A DNA stretch of 63,938 nucleotides, the filler included, from Folioceros fuciformis (taxonomy: Eukaryota): NCBI GenBank assembly GCA_049999805.1. It is 11 parts of 11 records of this genome, joined end to end, with 100 filler letters (N's around TTAATTAATTAA, not from the genome) between each part and the next. Parts side by side here need not be neighbours in the genome. Positions count along the whole stretch, not along the records: positions 49,639 to 52,933 come from JBNGIO010002026.1; positions 53,034 to 60,356 come from JBNGIO010002027.1; positions 60,457 to 62,309 come from JBNGIO010002030.1; positions 62,410 to 63,938 come from JBNGIO010002031.1; 7 more parts are not named here. One strand, 5' to 3'. The notes beneath the pieces were generated by a model. That model was given only the letters and a program-made list of their open reading frames with translations. It searched no databases and was not told the origin of the DNA. A program made the translations under genes and the position numbers. Below are positions 51,497 through 62,964 of the stretch, in pieces (within the stretch, counting starts at the first letter, position 1; every line of letters begins with the position of its first letter).

Positions 51497-52328
51497 TGAT
51501 TCAAAATCGATACAAATCAAGCAAAAGGCTAGTTAGAAATCAGTCGGAATGTAATGTAGATCCCGAAAGTTACCCTCACAACTCGTTCCGATTCGGCTGT
51601 CCACAATTCAGGCCGACACGACGGGCCTAAATCCTCCAATTGAGATCTCGCCGCCTCGCGGCTGAGATCCCAGCTAGCCCGTGCTCGCGTTGTTCACACC
51701 CCGCCGTCCACCCTCACGTCGCTCGCGCCTACGGTGCGTATGCTCGTGTCGCCGCGCTTCGGCGCCCTTGCTTGCGGCATCCGCGATGCCGGCACTCCGA
51801 CGTTAGGCACCTGCGGCGCCTGCTGCCCCCGGCACCGCCAAGTGCCCCTGGGATGGGCGGCCGGGGGGCCTGCTGGTGCCCCTGGCGCCCTCCTCCTAGG
51901 GCAGGCTCCCCGTGTAGCCCGGCTTCCACTCTCGCTTTGCTGCGGCCTCTACCTAGATACCCATCTTCACAGCCTTGCGCACCGTGTCCACAGCACCTAG
52001 AGCCATCTTCCTTGGTACACAACCTGGCTCTGATACCAGTTGAAGGATCACTAGAGGAGCCACATGGTGAAGGAAGAGAGGAGGAAGCAAGAAGGAGAGG
52101 AGAAAGAGAGGTCACACTCTCAGTGTCTCACATTGCAAGGGAGCTCAAGGGGGTATTTATACCCTCTAGAAGGGCTCCCAAGGAAGCTTCACAAGAAGCG
52201 CACAAGAAGCTACGCAAGAAGCTTTCTACACATTAGCTTAAGCTGATCTAATCAAATGATTCTTAACTAGACACTAATCTTAGACTAAACACATTAGTCT
52301 AAGCACATTGGGCTTTAATAACCCTACA
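51497..52328 (-). mobile_element. 5' LTR (52328-52041), tRNA-iMet PBS (52038-52027) and leader of a Copia element, interrupted at about its gag ATG
   Basis: TGTAGGG...CCTTCA LTR with TATAAATA; PBS; leader matches 26940 onward (aaatcaagcaaaaggctagttagaaa). Confidence 0.9.
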
Positions 52329-52352
52329 ACTAGCAAAGAGGAAGGAGGGCTT

Positions 52353-52933
52353 TGTAGGGTTATTAAAGCCCAATGTGCTTAGACTAATGTGTTTAGTCTA
52401 AGATTAGTGTCTAGTTAAGTATCATTTGATTAGATCAGCTTAAGCTAATATGTAGGAAGCTTCTTGTGAAGCTTCTTGTGAAGCTTCCTTGGGAGCCCTT
52501 CTAGATGGTATAAACACCCCCTTGAGGTCCCTTGCAATGTGAGACTCTATGTGAGAGTATGATCTCTCTTTCTCCTCTCCTTTTACCTCCTCCTCTCCTC
52601 CTTCACCATGTAGCTCCTATAGAGATCCTTCAAGTGGTATCAGAGCAAGGTTATGGAGCTTGGTTTGTGGAGTGTGAACGAAAAAAACTTTCGGAACTCC
52701 CATTTTGAGCGACGGAATGAGCAGGTTGTGATTTTTTTTGTGAAGGGACAGGCGAATCGGCTTAGTAGGTGAATAAGGCCAGGGTGTTTATACCCAAAGT
52801 CCCCCTTGGGCTTCGGGGTTTGGGGTGTACTGGAGACCGGGACAAGGAGGGGGAATGAGCGAGTGCCTCCTTGGCCCTCGGGTCATTGAGAACATTAAGG
52901 ACCAGGTCTGTAGGTAGGTGAGTGGGGTATGTC
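52353..52933 (+). mobile_element. 5' LTR (52353-52632), PBS (52635-52646) and a different leader; same LTR family in opposite orientation
   Basis: Near reverse complement of 52041-52328, followed by agTGGTATCAGAGC. Confidence 0.9.
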
Positions 52934-53033
52934 NNNNNNNNNNNNNNNNNNNNNNNNNNNNNNNNNNNNNNNNNNNNTTAATTAATTAANNNNNNNNNNN
53001 NNNNNNNNNNNNNNNNNNNNNNNNNNNNNNNNN

Positions 53034-53099
53034 CCAATATGCAGGGAGTTTCACTTTCTTCTCCTTCTTTGCCTTTTTCTTTGGATCGGCGAGTGGCAT
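53034..53099 (-). CDS. Possible 5' end of a gene running into the gap (MPLADPKKKAKKEKKVKLPAYW)
   Basis: AAAATG context, open to contig end, Lys-rich; only 22 codons visible. Confidence 0.35.
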
Positions 53100-53729
53100 T
53101 TTGGAGGATTTTTTTTACTTTGAATGCTAGATTATGTATTTGAAGATTTATTTAAAAAAATATTATTTTCTTGAAATATCTTTAACTTATCAATCTAAAT
53201 CATTCTCAATCTAAATATGTATAACTACAAATTCCCCTATCATATTTTGTTTACACATTGAAAACAAAGAAAAAAACTTTCTATTTTACAAAGGAGAATT
53301 AATAATAATATATGCTACAATATTTTCTTTATTTAATTTATACGTTTTATTTGAAATTCCTAAATAAATTTTAATCTTGGTATGAGTCATGTTGTTTCTT
53401 ACTAAGAATATTAAGTATATAAATTACTAGCAGAGCATTTGGAGATTCCAAATTTCAATTTTAAATACTTACTTTTATATATGTTTGTACTTTATATTAG
53501 GTCTAAATTTACATATATGTACATACATAGAAACCTTATAAATGTGCATGAATTGATGTCACACACTCTATAAACTAGAATTTGGTATTAATGAAATTCA
53601 AAATAAACATAATTAATTGACGCCGAATGCATACTTGCTACCCACTTCTCCAACGGTCTCGAGGTTAGGTGTGTCACAAAACTCGGGAAGTAGGGGCAAA
53701 CGAAAGAGGCGACAAGGGAACTTTGGGCA

Positions 53730-56700
53730 TCAGCTCATGCATCCGAGCAGCGGATACTCCTTCCCATGATGAATGGACGATTCGACCACACAGCTTTCGT
53801 TTTTTATTTCGAAAAACAGTTGTTCCAGTGTTGCATAAATGCTGCCACTCTCGGGATGATTCCTATCCCCAACCAAAAATCTATGCACCAGTCCCTCCAT
53901 ATCTGTCCACCAGCTCTGGCCAGGCTGCTTCCATGCCCCACATATTTTTCTTCTTGCTTGCATCTCCTCTGCCTGCTCCCACATCTGGGCACCGATGTAT
54001 ATGTTTGACATCGAGACATATGCTGCAGGATCCTCACTGTCCAGCTGGACTGCCTCGTCGAAAGCATGGCGACCCACCTCCACGTTGCTCCACTTTCGAC
54101 AAGCGCCCAATAAGTTGTGCCAAACCGCAATAGTAGGCGGTACAAGCATCGTCCTTCCCACAGTCAGTGCCTCCTCTACTCGGCCTGCACGCCCCAGAAG
54201 GTCCACCATGCATTAGTAGTGCTCTACTGTAGGGGTAATGCTATAGTGTTTGTGCATGGTTTCAAATATCTCTTGCCCCTTGTTTACTAGACCCGAATGA
54301 CTGCATACTGTGAGCAGACAAAGGAAAGTGATGCCGACTGGTTTTGTGCCATCGTCTCTCATTCTGTCAAACAAATCGAAGACCATTTGACTATCGCCTT
54401 GCCGGGTGTAGCCTGAAATCAGTGCATTCCAGGTGACGACGTCTCTGTCAGGCAATGACTTGAACACCAGTTGTGCATCAACCATGCTGCCACACTTCCC
54501 ATACATGTTTATCAAACCGTTGGCTACAAGGGCGTCAGCTTGCAGGCCTTGTTCTTTGATCTGCGCATGTATTTGCCTCCCCAGATGCAAGGCAGCTAGA
54601 TTTGCACAGGCCTGCAGAAGGCTCACAAATGTCACACTGTTGGGTGTGACAAGACCCTCTTCTTGCATAGCCTTGTAAAGAGCAAGGGCTTCCTGCCCCA
54701 TGCCCTGCTGGGAATAGCCAGCTATCATGCAACTCCACGTCACCACATTCTTTTGGTCAAGTCTGTCGAACACTGCCCGGGCATCCTCTAGGCTGCCGCA
54801 CTTGGAATACATGTTTACCAAACTGCTAGCCACGAAGACATCAGGTCGGAGTTCAAGTTCACCAATTTGTGCATGAAGCTGCTTCCCCTTCTCCAGTGCT
54901 GGGTAACCTACACTTGCACATGCCTGCAGGAGGGACACGAAGGTCACAGAGTCCGGAGCACTTATCCCTTCTTCTTGCATGGCGGCGTGAAGACGAAGGG
55001 CTTCCTGACCCCTGCCCTGCTGAGAATACCCTGCGATCATGGCATTCCACGTCACCAGATTTTTCTGGGCAAGTCCATCAAACACACGCTGAGCATCTTC
55101 CAGACTGCCACACTTTGCATACATGTTCACCAAACTGTTGGCTACAGATAAATCAGCCTGAAGCTCTCGTTCTCCCAAATGTGCATGAAGTTGCTTTCCC
55201 TTCTCCAAGGCTGGGGCACCCACACTTGCACATGCTTGCAGGAGGCACACACACGTCACAGGGTTGGGTGCAGCCATGCCTTCTTCTTGCATGGCACTGT
55301 GAAGAGAAAGGGCTTCCAGATACATGCCCCGCTCAGAATATCCTGCTATCAGAGCTGTCCACGTGACTACGTTTTTCTCAACAAGCCCGTCAAACACGCC
55401 TCGAGCATCCTCCAGGCTGCCGCACTTTGCATACATGTTCACCAAACTGCTGGCCACACACGCATCAGATTCAAGCCCTCGTTCTCTAATTTGGGCATGA
55501 AGCTGCTTGCCCTCCTTCAGACCCATGGCGCCAACACTTGCACATGCCTGAAGGAGGCACACAAATGTCACAGAATTGGGTACAATGGTGCCTTCCTCTC
55601 GCATGGACGTGCATAGGGAAAGGGCTTCCTGTCCCATGCCCTGCTGAGAGTAAGCTGCAATCATAGCATTCCACGTCGTGACTTGCTTGTGAGAAAGGCG
55701 GTCGTCAAAAACTTCTCGAGCACCCGCCAAGCTGCCACAGCTAGCGTACATGCTTATCAAACTGCTGGCGACAAACACATCAGCTTGAAATCCTCGTTGA
55801 GTGAGTTGAGCGTGAAGGTACTTGCCATTCTCCAGAGCGGCGGGACCCACAGTAGCACATGCCTGCAACAGGCTCACAAAGGTGACGGAATCAGGTGCGA
55901 CGATGCCTTCTTCTTGCATGGCGCTATAAAGACGGAGGGCTTCCTGTCCCCTGCTCTGCTGGGAATACCCTGCTATCAAGGTGTTCCAAGTCACCACGTT
56001 CTTGTGAGCAATTCCATCAAACACGTTGTGAGCCTGGTCCAAGACGCCACACTTTGCATACATGTCCACCAAAGTATTGCAAAGAAACAAATCAGGTATA
56101 ATCCCGGTATCCAACACCTGGGCATGAACCTGCTGCCCAGTTGTCAAGTCTGCTGCCCTTGCACAGGCCTGAAGCGCTGCCACAAAGACATGCCCATCCG
56201 GCTTCGTGCCTGACGCGGGCATTCGGCGGTAGAGTTGTATGGCCTCCTTATCATGCCCGCATTTTACATGAGCAGAGATTATGGCAGACCAGGTAAAGGC
56301 ATCTGGTCTGGGCGTTAGCGCAAAAACATCCATCGCTTCCTGCAGCCTGGCATGAGCAGCATACATTCGCAGGACATGGTTGCACAAGAAGGTGTCCGAG
56401 TGATTCCCCCCTTTCACAATGAGAGCGTGCACGCGTCGACCCAGCACAACATCCCTCTGGACCGCACATTGTGCGAGGAGCGTGCGAAAGAGAGGGTGGG
56501 CAATCCGACAGCGTGCGCGCACCAGAAGTCCCAGAGCCTCGACAGCCTGGGTGAGCTGCCCCTTCTGACACAGCTGGCTCACGGTCTCCGCCGTCACGCC
56601 GCTTTCATATCCTGCAGGCCTGCGAGGGTGAAGATCATCCGGCACTGATGGAGGTGCACGCCTGCCCGTGTCCACATCCACCCACGCTGGCTTGCAAGAA

Positions 56701-56780
56701 ACGGAAGCGAGGCCAGCGGAGCCTTTCAAGTGCGACGGACGTGCGGCAGCACGGGAGGCAGCCATGATACGCAAAAGCAT
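53730..56780 (-). pseudogene. PLS-class PPR RNA-editing-factor gene (PLS-E1-E2-E+, WW-type PG box) interrupted by one in-frame TAA at 54215-54213
   Basis: Transit-peptide-like N-terminus, ~7 P-L-S triplets, EHY*CMVDLLGRAG, AAYVSMSNIY, WKQPGQSWWTD..VHRFLVGDRNHP; no HxE/CxxC or DYW end; intronless. Confidence 0.88.
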
Positions 56781-59700
56781 CCTCCTCCGAGCCCCAACCG
56801 AAGAGGCCAAGCCGGAATCCTAAACCCAGATCCGGAGCTCCAGGTGATGCCCTGATGGCAGTTCCCATACCCATGTGCGCTAACAAAGCATGGACATATC
56901 CCCGGGCGGGCACTCGCAACACCAAGTCGTCCTGAATGGGAGGCAAGAAACGACACATAGCCTAGCTCGCTCCAGTCCCTTTCAGAAGCCGCCACCGCCG
57001 TGTTGGAGCAGCAGGAACGGCAAGCCGTCCGGGACGAAGGTAGTCCCAAGTCGGACCAAGTGGCAGAGTCGGGCATGAGGAACAGTCTCCGTGCTGTTGC
57101 CAGCCCTGAAAATGATACGACATGTGCGACACCCTTGTTTGTGGGCAGGCAACACTCGAAAAACCCTCAACTGCATCTTGTGGAGAGGCGCTGGAACGAG
57201 TCACAGCGTGCCAAGCCAGGTTCAGCCCCCCCTTCCCTTCCCGTCCCGTCCCGTCCTGGGCCAAAAGCAATGGAGTGTGATTGGTGTGGTAAGTCATGGT
57301 GCCTGGCTTGCTCGTGTGTGGCCAGACGGAACGGAGAATGATGCACTCGGTGTGCAAGTACGTACACGAGTTCCAAGGAGCTACCAAAAGCTGAATATCC
57401 GCAGCTCGCAACACAAAAGCGCCCTGCTGACGATGAAGCAGGTGGTTCACAACTAATCCGTTCCTTCCTTCCTCCTTTGGTGCAGTACGCTTCAGCACAC
57501 GTACCATTGATAGGGTTGATTCGTGAGTGTTGTTGGAGCTCCCATCCATGCAGCAGGAGCAGGATCCTATTTTCTTCTCCTCTCCTGAAGATAGATAGAT
57601 ACCCGGTTGCTTTTCCTTGCTGGTGCTGGTGCTGGTGCTGGTGCCATGGTGAGGCGCGCATGGAGGGAGAGGGGAGGCACAACGAACGACTAAGGAGTCG
57701 GATGGAGCATGAAACGCATTGGCAATTGGTGTCGGCATCACCTAGCTGTAGCCATAGCCATAGCCATAGCCAGTTGCGCACAAAGCCAAAGATAAAAATG
57801 GAAGGCAGCGGGTAGCGCGCCTCGGGTAGCGGCATCCGGGTAGCGGGCTTCCGGGTTTGGGTGTCGGCCCTAAAAATGGCGAAGGGAAGAAGCGACGCGC
57901 ACGCGTGGGCCTGAGGGAAACGCAACTGGGCAACGCCGGTGGCGCATGTCAACGGCGCCTGAGGAAATGGCGGGGGCCCGAGGCCGAGTGGTGGCACGGC
58001 GACCGGGGCACCGGTTTGGCAGACGCCGCACGCGCACTCTCGTCGGAGCTGGGTAATGGCCGACCGGGACCCGGCCCGCACGCTGACAGGCAGGCGACCG
58101 GGGACACACGGGCGCCACCGGGGCACCGACGCGGGCACCGACAGTTGCCGGTGGGCCAACGGAGCCGTGAGGGACCCGCCCCACCGCGCCCCGCCCCGTT
58201 CGGCCCGGCCCGGCCTTTCCAGACGCATCTCATCATGCGTGGGGCCTGACCGGGCGTGACGCTGGGCCACGAAAGTGCGCAGCTTTGGTTCGTCGTAAGC
58301 TTGTGTATGCATGTATGGTTTAGGGTCTGTACATACATACATATATGACATGCATATGTACTGTACTGTACTGTATGTACTCTATGTATGTAGTGAGCGG
58401 GTGGCACAGAAGCATACCGCCTCATGAGTGGCGCGGGAGAGTGTGACGGTGTGACGTTACGGGGTCCGTTCACACACCTACCCGTTCCGTTGGATGTGGA
58501 CCAGCCGGAACCGGAGTTGGAGCCGGAGCCGGAATGCGGGCGAGGCGGGCCCACAAAGGCAGGAGGGGGCCGCCCCACGCGGGACTCCAAAAACAAATAT
58601 TCGCTTCCCCCATGCTATCATGGCCCGCAGTGGGCCACGCCATTTCCCATTCTGCGCTTTTCCAATAGTGGAGCGTCCACAGGAGGTACAGCGTAGCAAA
58701 GCAGGCTGAGTAGTACATACATACGCTGCCACTAGTCACGTGGTACGGAGTATTGCGGCCAGGGCCCTCCAGGGCGTCTGCCCTAACTACCGCCTTCATT
58801 GCCCGCCAGCAAGCAAGCCAGCCAGCGAGCCAGCGAGCCAGCCAGCCAGCCAGTCAGCCAGACAACCAGCCAAGCCTTGGATCTGTCATGGACCGCCTCG
58901 CCTGACCCCTATACACCCCACCAAAAAAAAAAAAAAAAAAAGCCCCTACCTGTGGATCCGATGCTGCGCTTTCTGTCCTTGGCCTTGCCGCTATCGGTTT
59001 TACGCGTTTCGTGATACGCACTCCACGTCGACGTCGACCTTGCTTGCAAATTCGACTCCATTTGCTTGTCTATTTACATGTCGCCCCCTCGGTAAGCACA
59101 TGACAAGAACGAAGGAGGAGACGAGACAAGACAAGACGTTTGATTGGCCTAGATGCTAAGCAAGCAAGCGGAGGTCGTCGTTGTGCGGGAATTGGAAATT
59201 CGGTCAATTCGATTAGGGACTAGGTGAATGGAGACACGAGGATTAGGGGGGAAGCAGTATAATCCAGTTTCCCTTGCACCTTCTTCCTAATTTGTGCCTG
59301 AGAAGGGGCAGCAGGAGGAGGAGGAGGAGGAGGAGGAGTGGAAAGACGAATCTACAAGTACGCTGCAATTGTGTGATATGTACACAGTGCAGGTGTGGAG
59401 GTGCCGGTGCATTCATGGAGATTTGTTAGGGCAACCAGGCCGGCAAGCAAGTGGTAATAACAGCTTGGAGGCGGAGAGGGAAGGGGGGCCGGCAAGGCCG
59501 GTAGTGTACTTTTGTGGAGCTTGAAGCTGGCTGGGGGGGTTTGACCAGGCTTGGGGCAGTCAGTGGGAATTGGCAGGCTCATCAATGCAGTGCGGAATGC
59601 TCTACTTGTCTATGGGCCTTGGCTTGGCCACGCCAAGCCAGCCCGGCCAACTTATGTCCTGTACATATATGCATATGTACATACGTTGCAACTCCCAGCG

Positions 59701-60456
59701 GGCCGTTGGCGCGATGGTGTTGCCTTTCCGTCCAATTCCTTTTTTTTTTCAATTCCCTGGCTTCAGCTGCCGAGCCAAAGATTCTCTGCTCTGCTGACCG
59801 AGGTCACCGAGGGGAAGACTGGTGGACTGACGAAGTCCTGCCAGGGCATGGACTGGATTGGACTGGACTGTTCCTCACAGTCACGCTAGCGGGAGAGGGA
59901 GAGGGAGCGGGCAACGGCAGGGCCAGGGCCAGGGCCAGGGCCAGGGCCAGCGCCAGAGCAGAGGCAAGAGCCGCAAGAGGCAGAGACGAGAGCTGCAAGA
60001 GGCAGAGGCAGGAAGGCGGGTGATGTTGTTCTGCGTTGGTTATGGTTCAATCATTCCGTAATGAGGCGTGGTTGGAACAACAGCAAGATCACAGCGGCCT
60101 GGCCTGTGCTCACCAACCGGTGAGCGAGCTACTTTCGGCAGTAAAAGTGCCAAGTGTGTGTGTGTGTGTGTGTGCCAAGGAAATCGTTGGCATGGCAGTG
60201 CAGTGCATCCTCCAGCTGCTGCCCGAGCCGCGGCAGGGGAAGGGGCAGGGGCAGGGGCAGGGGCAGCGGCAGGGGCTGGAGCAGGGGCTGCAGATGCGGC
60301 AGGGAGCAGTGAAGAGGGTGAGGAGTGCACATGGGGTGTTGGAATCTTCCAGGCGCNNNNNNNNNNNNNNNNNNNNNNNNNNNNNNNNNNNNNNNNNNNN
60401 TTAATTAATTAANNNNNNNNNNNNNNNNNNNNNNNNNNNNNNNNNNNNNNNNNNNN

Positions 60457-61741
60457 CCTCCCAGCTCGGCCGTCCTTTGTCTTTTTGTAGTACTTGTGCA
60501 CATTCTCAAACTTCTCCTTGCATTTCTTAGCACTTCTGTGAAAGCCAAGCTCCGCAAGCTTCCTGCAAGACCACCCCGAAGAGGTCTGGTCAGAGGTAGT
60601 CTAAGAAAGCAACAACTTTACCGAGTTTCAGACGTCCACAGACCATTCAAGCCCGTCACTGTACCTCCATCGACATTCCAAGAGAATGGGGGTAGCGGGG
60701 GGCCAATCAGGGAGGGGTCTCACAGTGGAGAAAAAGGGCGGCTGGACTGGACTGGACTGGACTGATCCCACAAAAAACACCAGGCAAGCGCATCGGTGGA
60801 AATGGAGGGCAGACTGCAGCTTACCTTTAAAGAGAGAGTGGGTCGGCTAAAAAAATCCGGGGAAGAAGAGGTGGTGGTTTCAGCAAATTGGCTCTCCCGG
60901 CAGAAATGCTACTACGTGCTACATGGGGGTACTACCTAGAAGTTAGAAGAGTACCAAGAAAGGAGAGGTTGGTCTAGCTAAGGCTGCTAGTACGCGAACA
61001 AACCTGCAGGGAAGGGAAGTTTCTAGCAAATCTGCGTGTCTAGAAGGCACGCATAGCCCAAGCCCAGCGCTGGTGCGAGGGAGTGCCAGATGCTTTGCCT
61101 TTCTGCAAGGAGATGCCCGGATGCACAAATTGCACTGCATTGGCATTGCTTCCCTTCCCCTCTCCCACTCCCTCTCCCTCTCCTTCACCTTCACGTCTGG
61201 GCGCTTTGCTTCCACACAACAGAAAACCAACCAGAGGAGGCCTCAGTTGCAGTGATTTACCGCGACACATCTTCCCAAAGGGGCCCCTTGAGTCCAGAAT
61301 CACGGAAGTTGGCATCCATTTCCGATCGAATCTTGATGAGGGCGAGTGTCTCCTGGCGGGGCCAGCGATTGCCCCCAGCGCCTCTGTCCCCCTCATCCAC
61401 GCCCTCCTCGTCCCCAAGCGACTCCCGGCCCTGCACCAGCTGCTTGAACCCGGTGGGCGAGGGGCGAGACGCGATGGGCGAGGTCTCCTCGGGGGAGTCA
61501 GGCCCCCCGGCGAGGCCCAGCTGCTGCACCATCTGGGCCTGCGCCTGCTGCTGCGTGTGCTGATGCTGCTGTTGCTGTTGAACCTGCACCTGCACCTGGC
61601 CATGTTGCTGGTGAGGCGCGGGAGGCTGCTGGTGCTGGTGCTGGTGCTGCGCGGGCTGAGGCGGGGGATGCTGCTGCTGGTGGTGGTGCGCGTGGAGCTG
61701 CTGCTGCTGCTGCACCTGCTGCCCCTGACCCGAGGAAACAA

Positions 61742-61776
<35 letters not shown>

Positions 61777-61949
61777 TGCACCTGCTGCTGCGCCAGGTGA
61801 TGGTGCTGAGCATGCTGGTGGTGCGGGTGGCCCGACGGCGACGCCAGGCTCATGTCGTGCTGCGAGAGCCCGAACATGTGTGCCGGCGGCGCCCTGGCCA
61901 CCACATACGGCGGCCCGTCCGGAACTCCATACTGGCCCCCAGCTTGCAT
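60457..61949 (-). CDS. GT-2/GTL-type trihelix transcription factor, 5' part; exon 1 61949-61261, exon 2 from 60562 into gap
   Basis: GNRWPRQETLALIKIRSEMDANFRDSGLKGPLWEDVSR spliced to KLAELGFHRSAKKCKEKFENVHKYYKKTKDGRAGR; Q/H-rich N-terminus; 698-nt GT-AG intron. Confidence 0.95.
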
Positions 61950-62699
61950 CTTCCCGTTCCGCGCGCTCTTCTTTTCTCCGTTCTTTGCTCCCTCTGGTCC
62001 CGTCCGCCGTGGCGACTGGGTTCTTTCCTCTCGCCCCTCCCGCCCTGGCGTCTTTCTTTGAACCGCCCACCTCCTCCAATTCGGCCCCGGAATGTGCCTG
62101 CTTTCTGCAGGTCCCAAGATCAAATTCCACCCCGTACCACTAAGCCACACGGCCAGCAGCCGGAGCGGGAGAGGCAGGTAGGCTGGGAGGCAGCGGCCGA
62201 CAACCGCCTCGACGACACAGGCCTCGACACTGGACTGGACTGGACTGGACTAGACTAGACTGGACTGGACGACACAGATAGAGAGAATCCAGAGCAAGGC
62301 GCAGGGGCCNNNNNNNNNNNNNNNNNNNNNNNNNNNNNNNNNNNNNNNNNNNNTTAATTAATTAANNNNNNNNNNNNNNNNNNNNNNNNNNNNNNNNNNN
62401 NNNNNNNNNCGGCTAGGGTTGCCCCACAAGGGCCACCATCTTGGCCATCGTATCCATAGTATTGTGTTCCAGCGATGTCTCATCCCATAGCTGTCCATGG
62501 CTCGAGCTTCGGCTCCACAACCTGGGGCCGCTGCCAACTCACTGCTGGTATTTATATTGCTCTCACTCTCGTGCCCTAGCTGTCGATGTAGTTGACCTAT
62601 CCGTTAGGGGTGAGAGACAACCCCACTTAGACAAATTTCTTTTCTAAGGCAGCCACCTTATTCAAACTATTATTTAATTGTCATATAAGCTAATTATAT

Positions 62700-62964
62700 A
62701 ATAATTATTACTAGACCAAAAAACCAAACCTAAGACTAAACCAAACCTATGGTCTAGTACCAAGGCCAAGTTTCCTTAAGCCTAGTACCAAACCTATGAC
62801 CACTCTAGTAACCATACCAACTATTTACTAGTTAATTAATCTAATTAGAAAAACAAAAAAAATGAAAAATGACCAGAAATAAAGTTAAAAATAAACCCTA
62901 CTAAGTTGTAGCTAACTCTATTTTAATGAAACTGAAACAATGCCCCAAAATTTGAAGGTTTACA
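62700..62964 (-). repeat. Diverged copy 3 of the LTR terminus family (a related remnant at ~63200-63380)
   Basis: caaacctat..cactct..taacc, aaaatgaccagaaa and ccccaaaatttgaaggtttaca shared with the 17368 and 23662 copies. Confidence 0.7.

Noticed and set aside
57200-57322. miRNA-like pairing between 57200-57221 and 57301-57322
   Set aside because: Several mismatches and bulges, unstructured ~80-nt loop, no full match to conserved plant miRNAs I could recall; needs small-RNA data
56962-58596. Long overlapping ORFs of 215-394 aa
   Set aside because: GC-rich, SSR-laden sequence with few stops; no domain motifs; open on both strands
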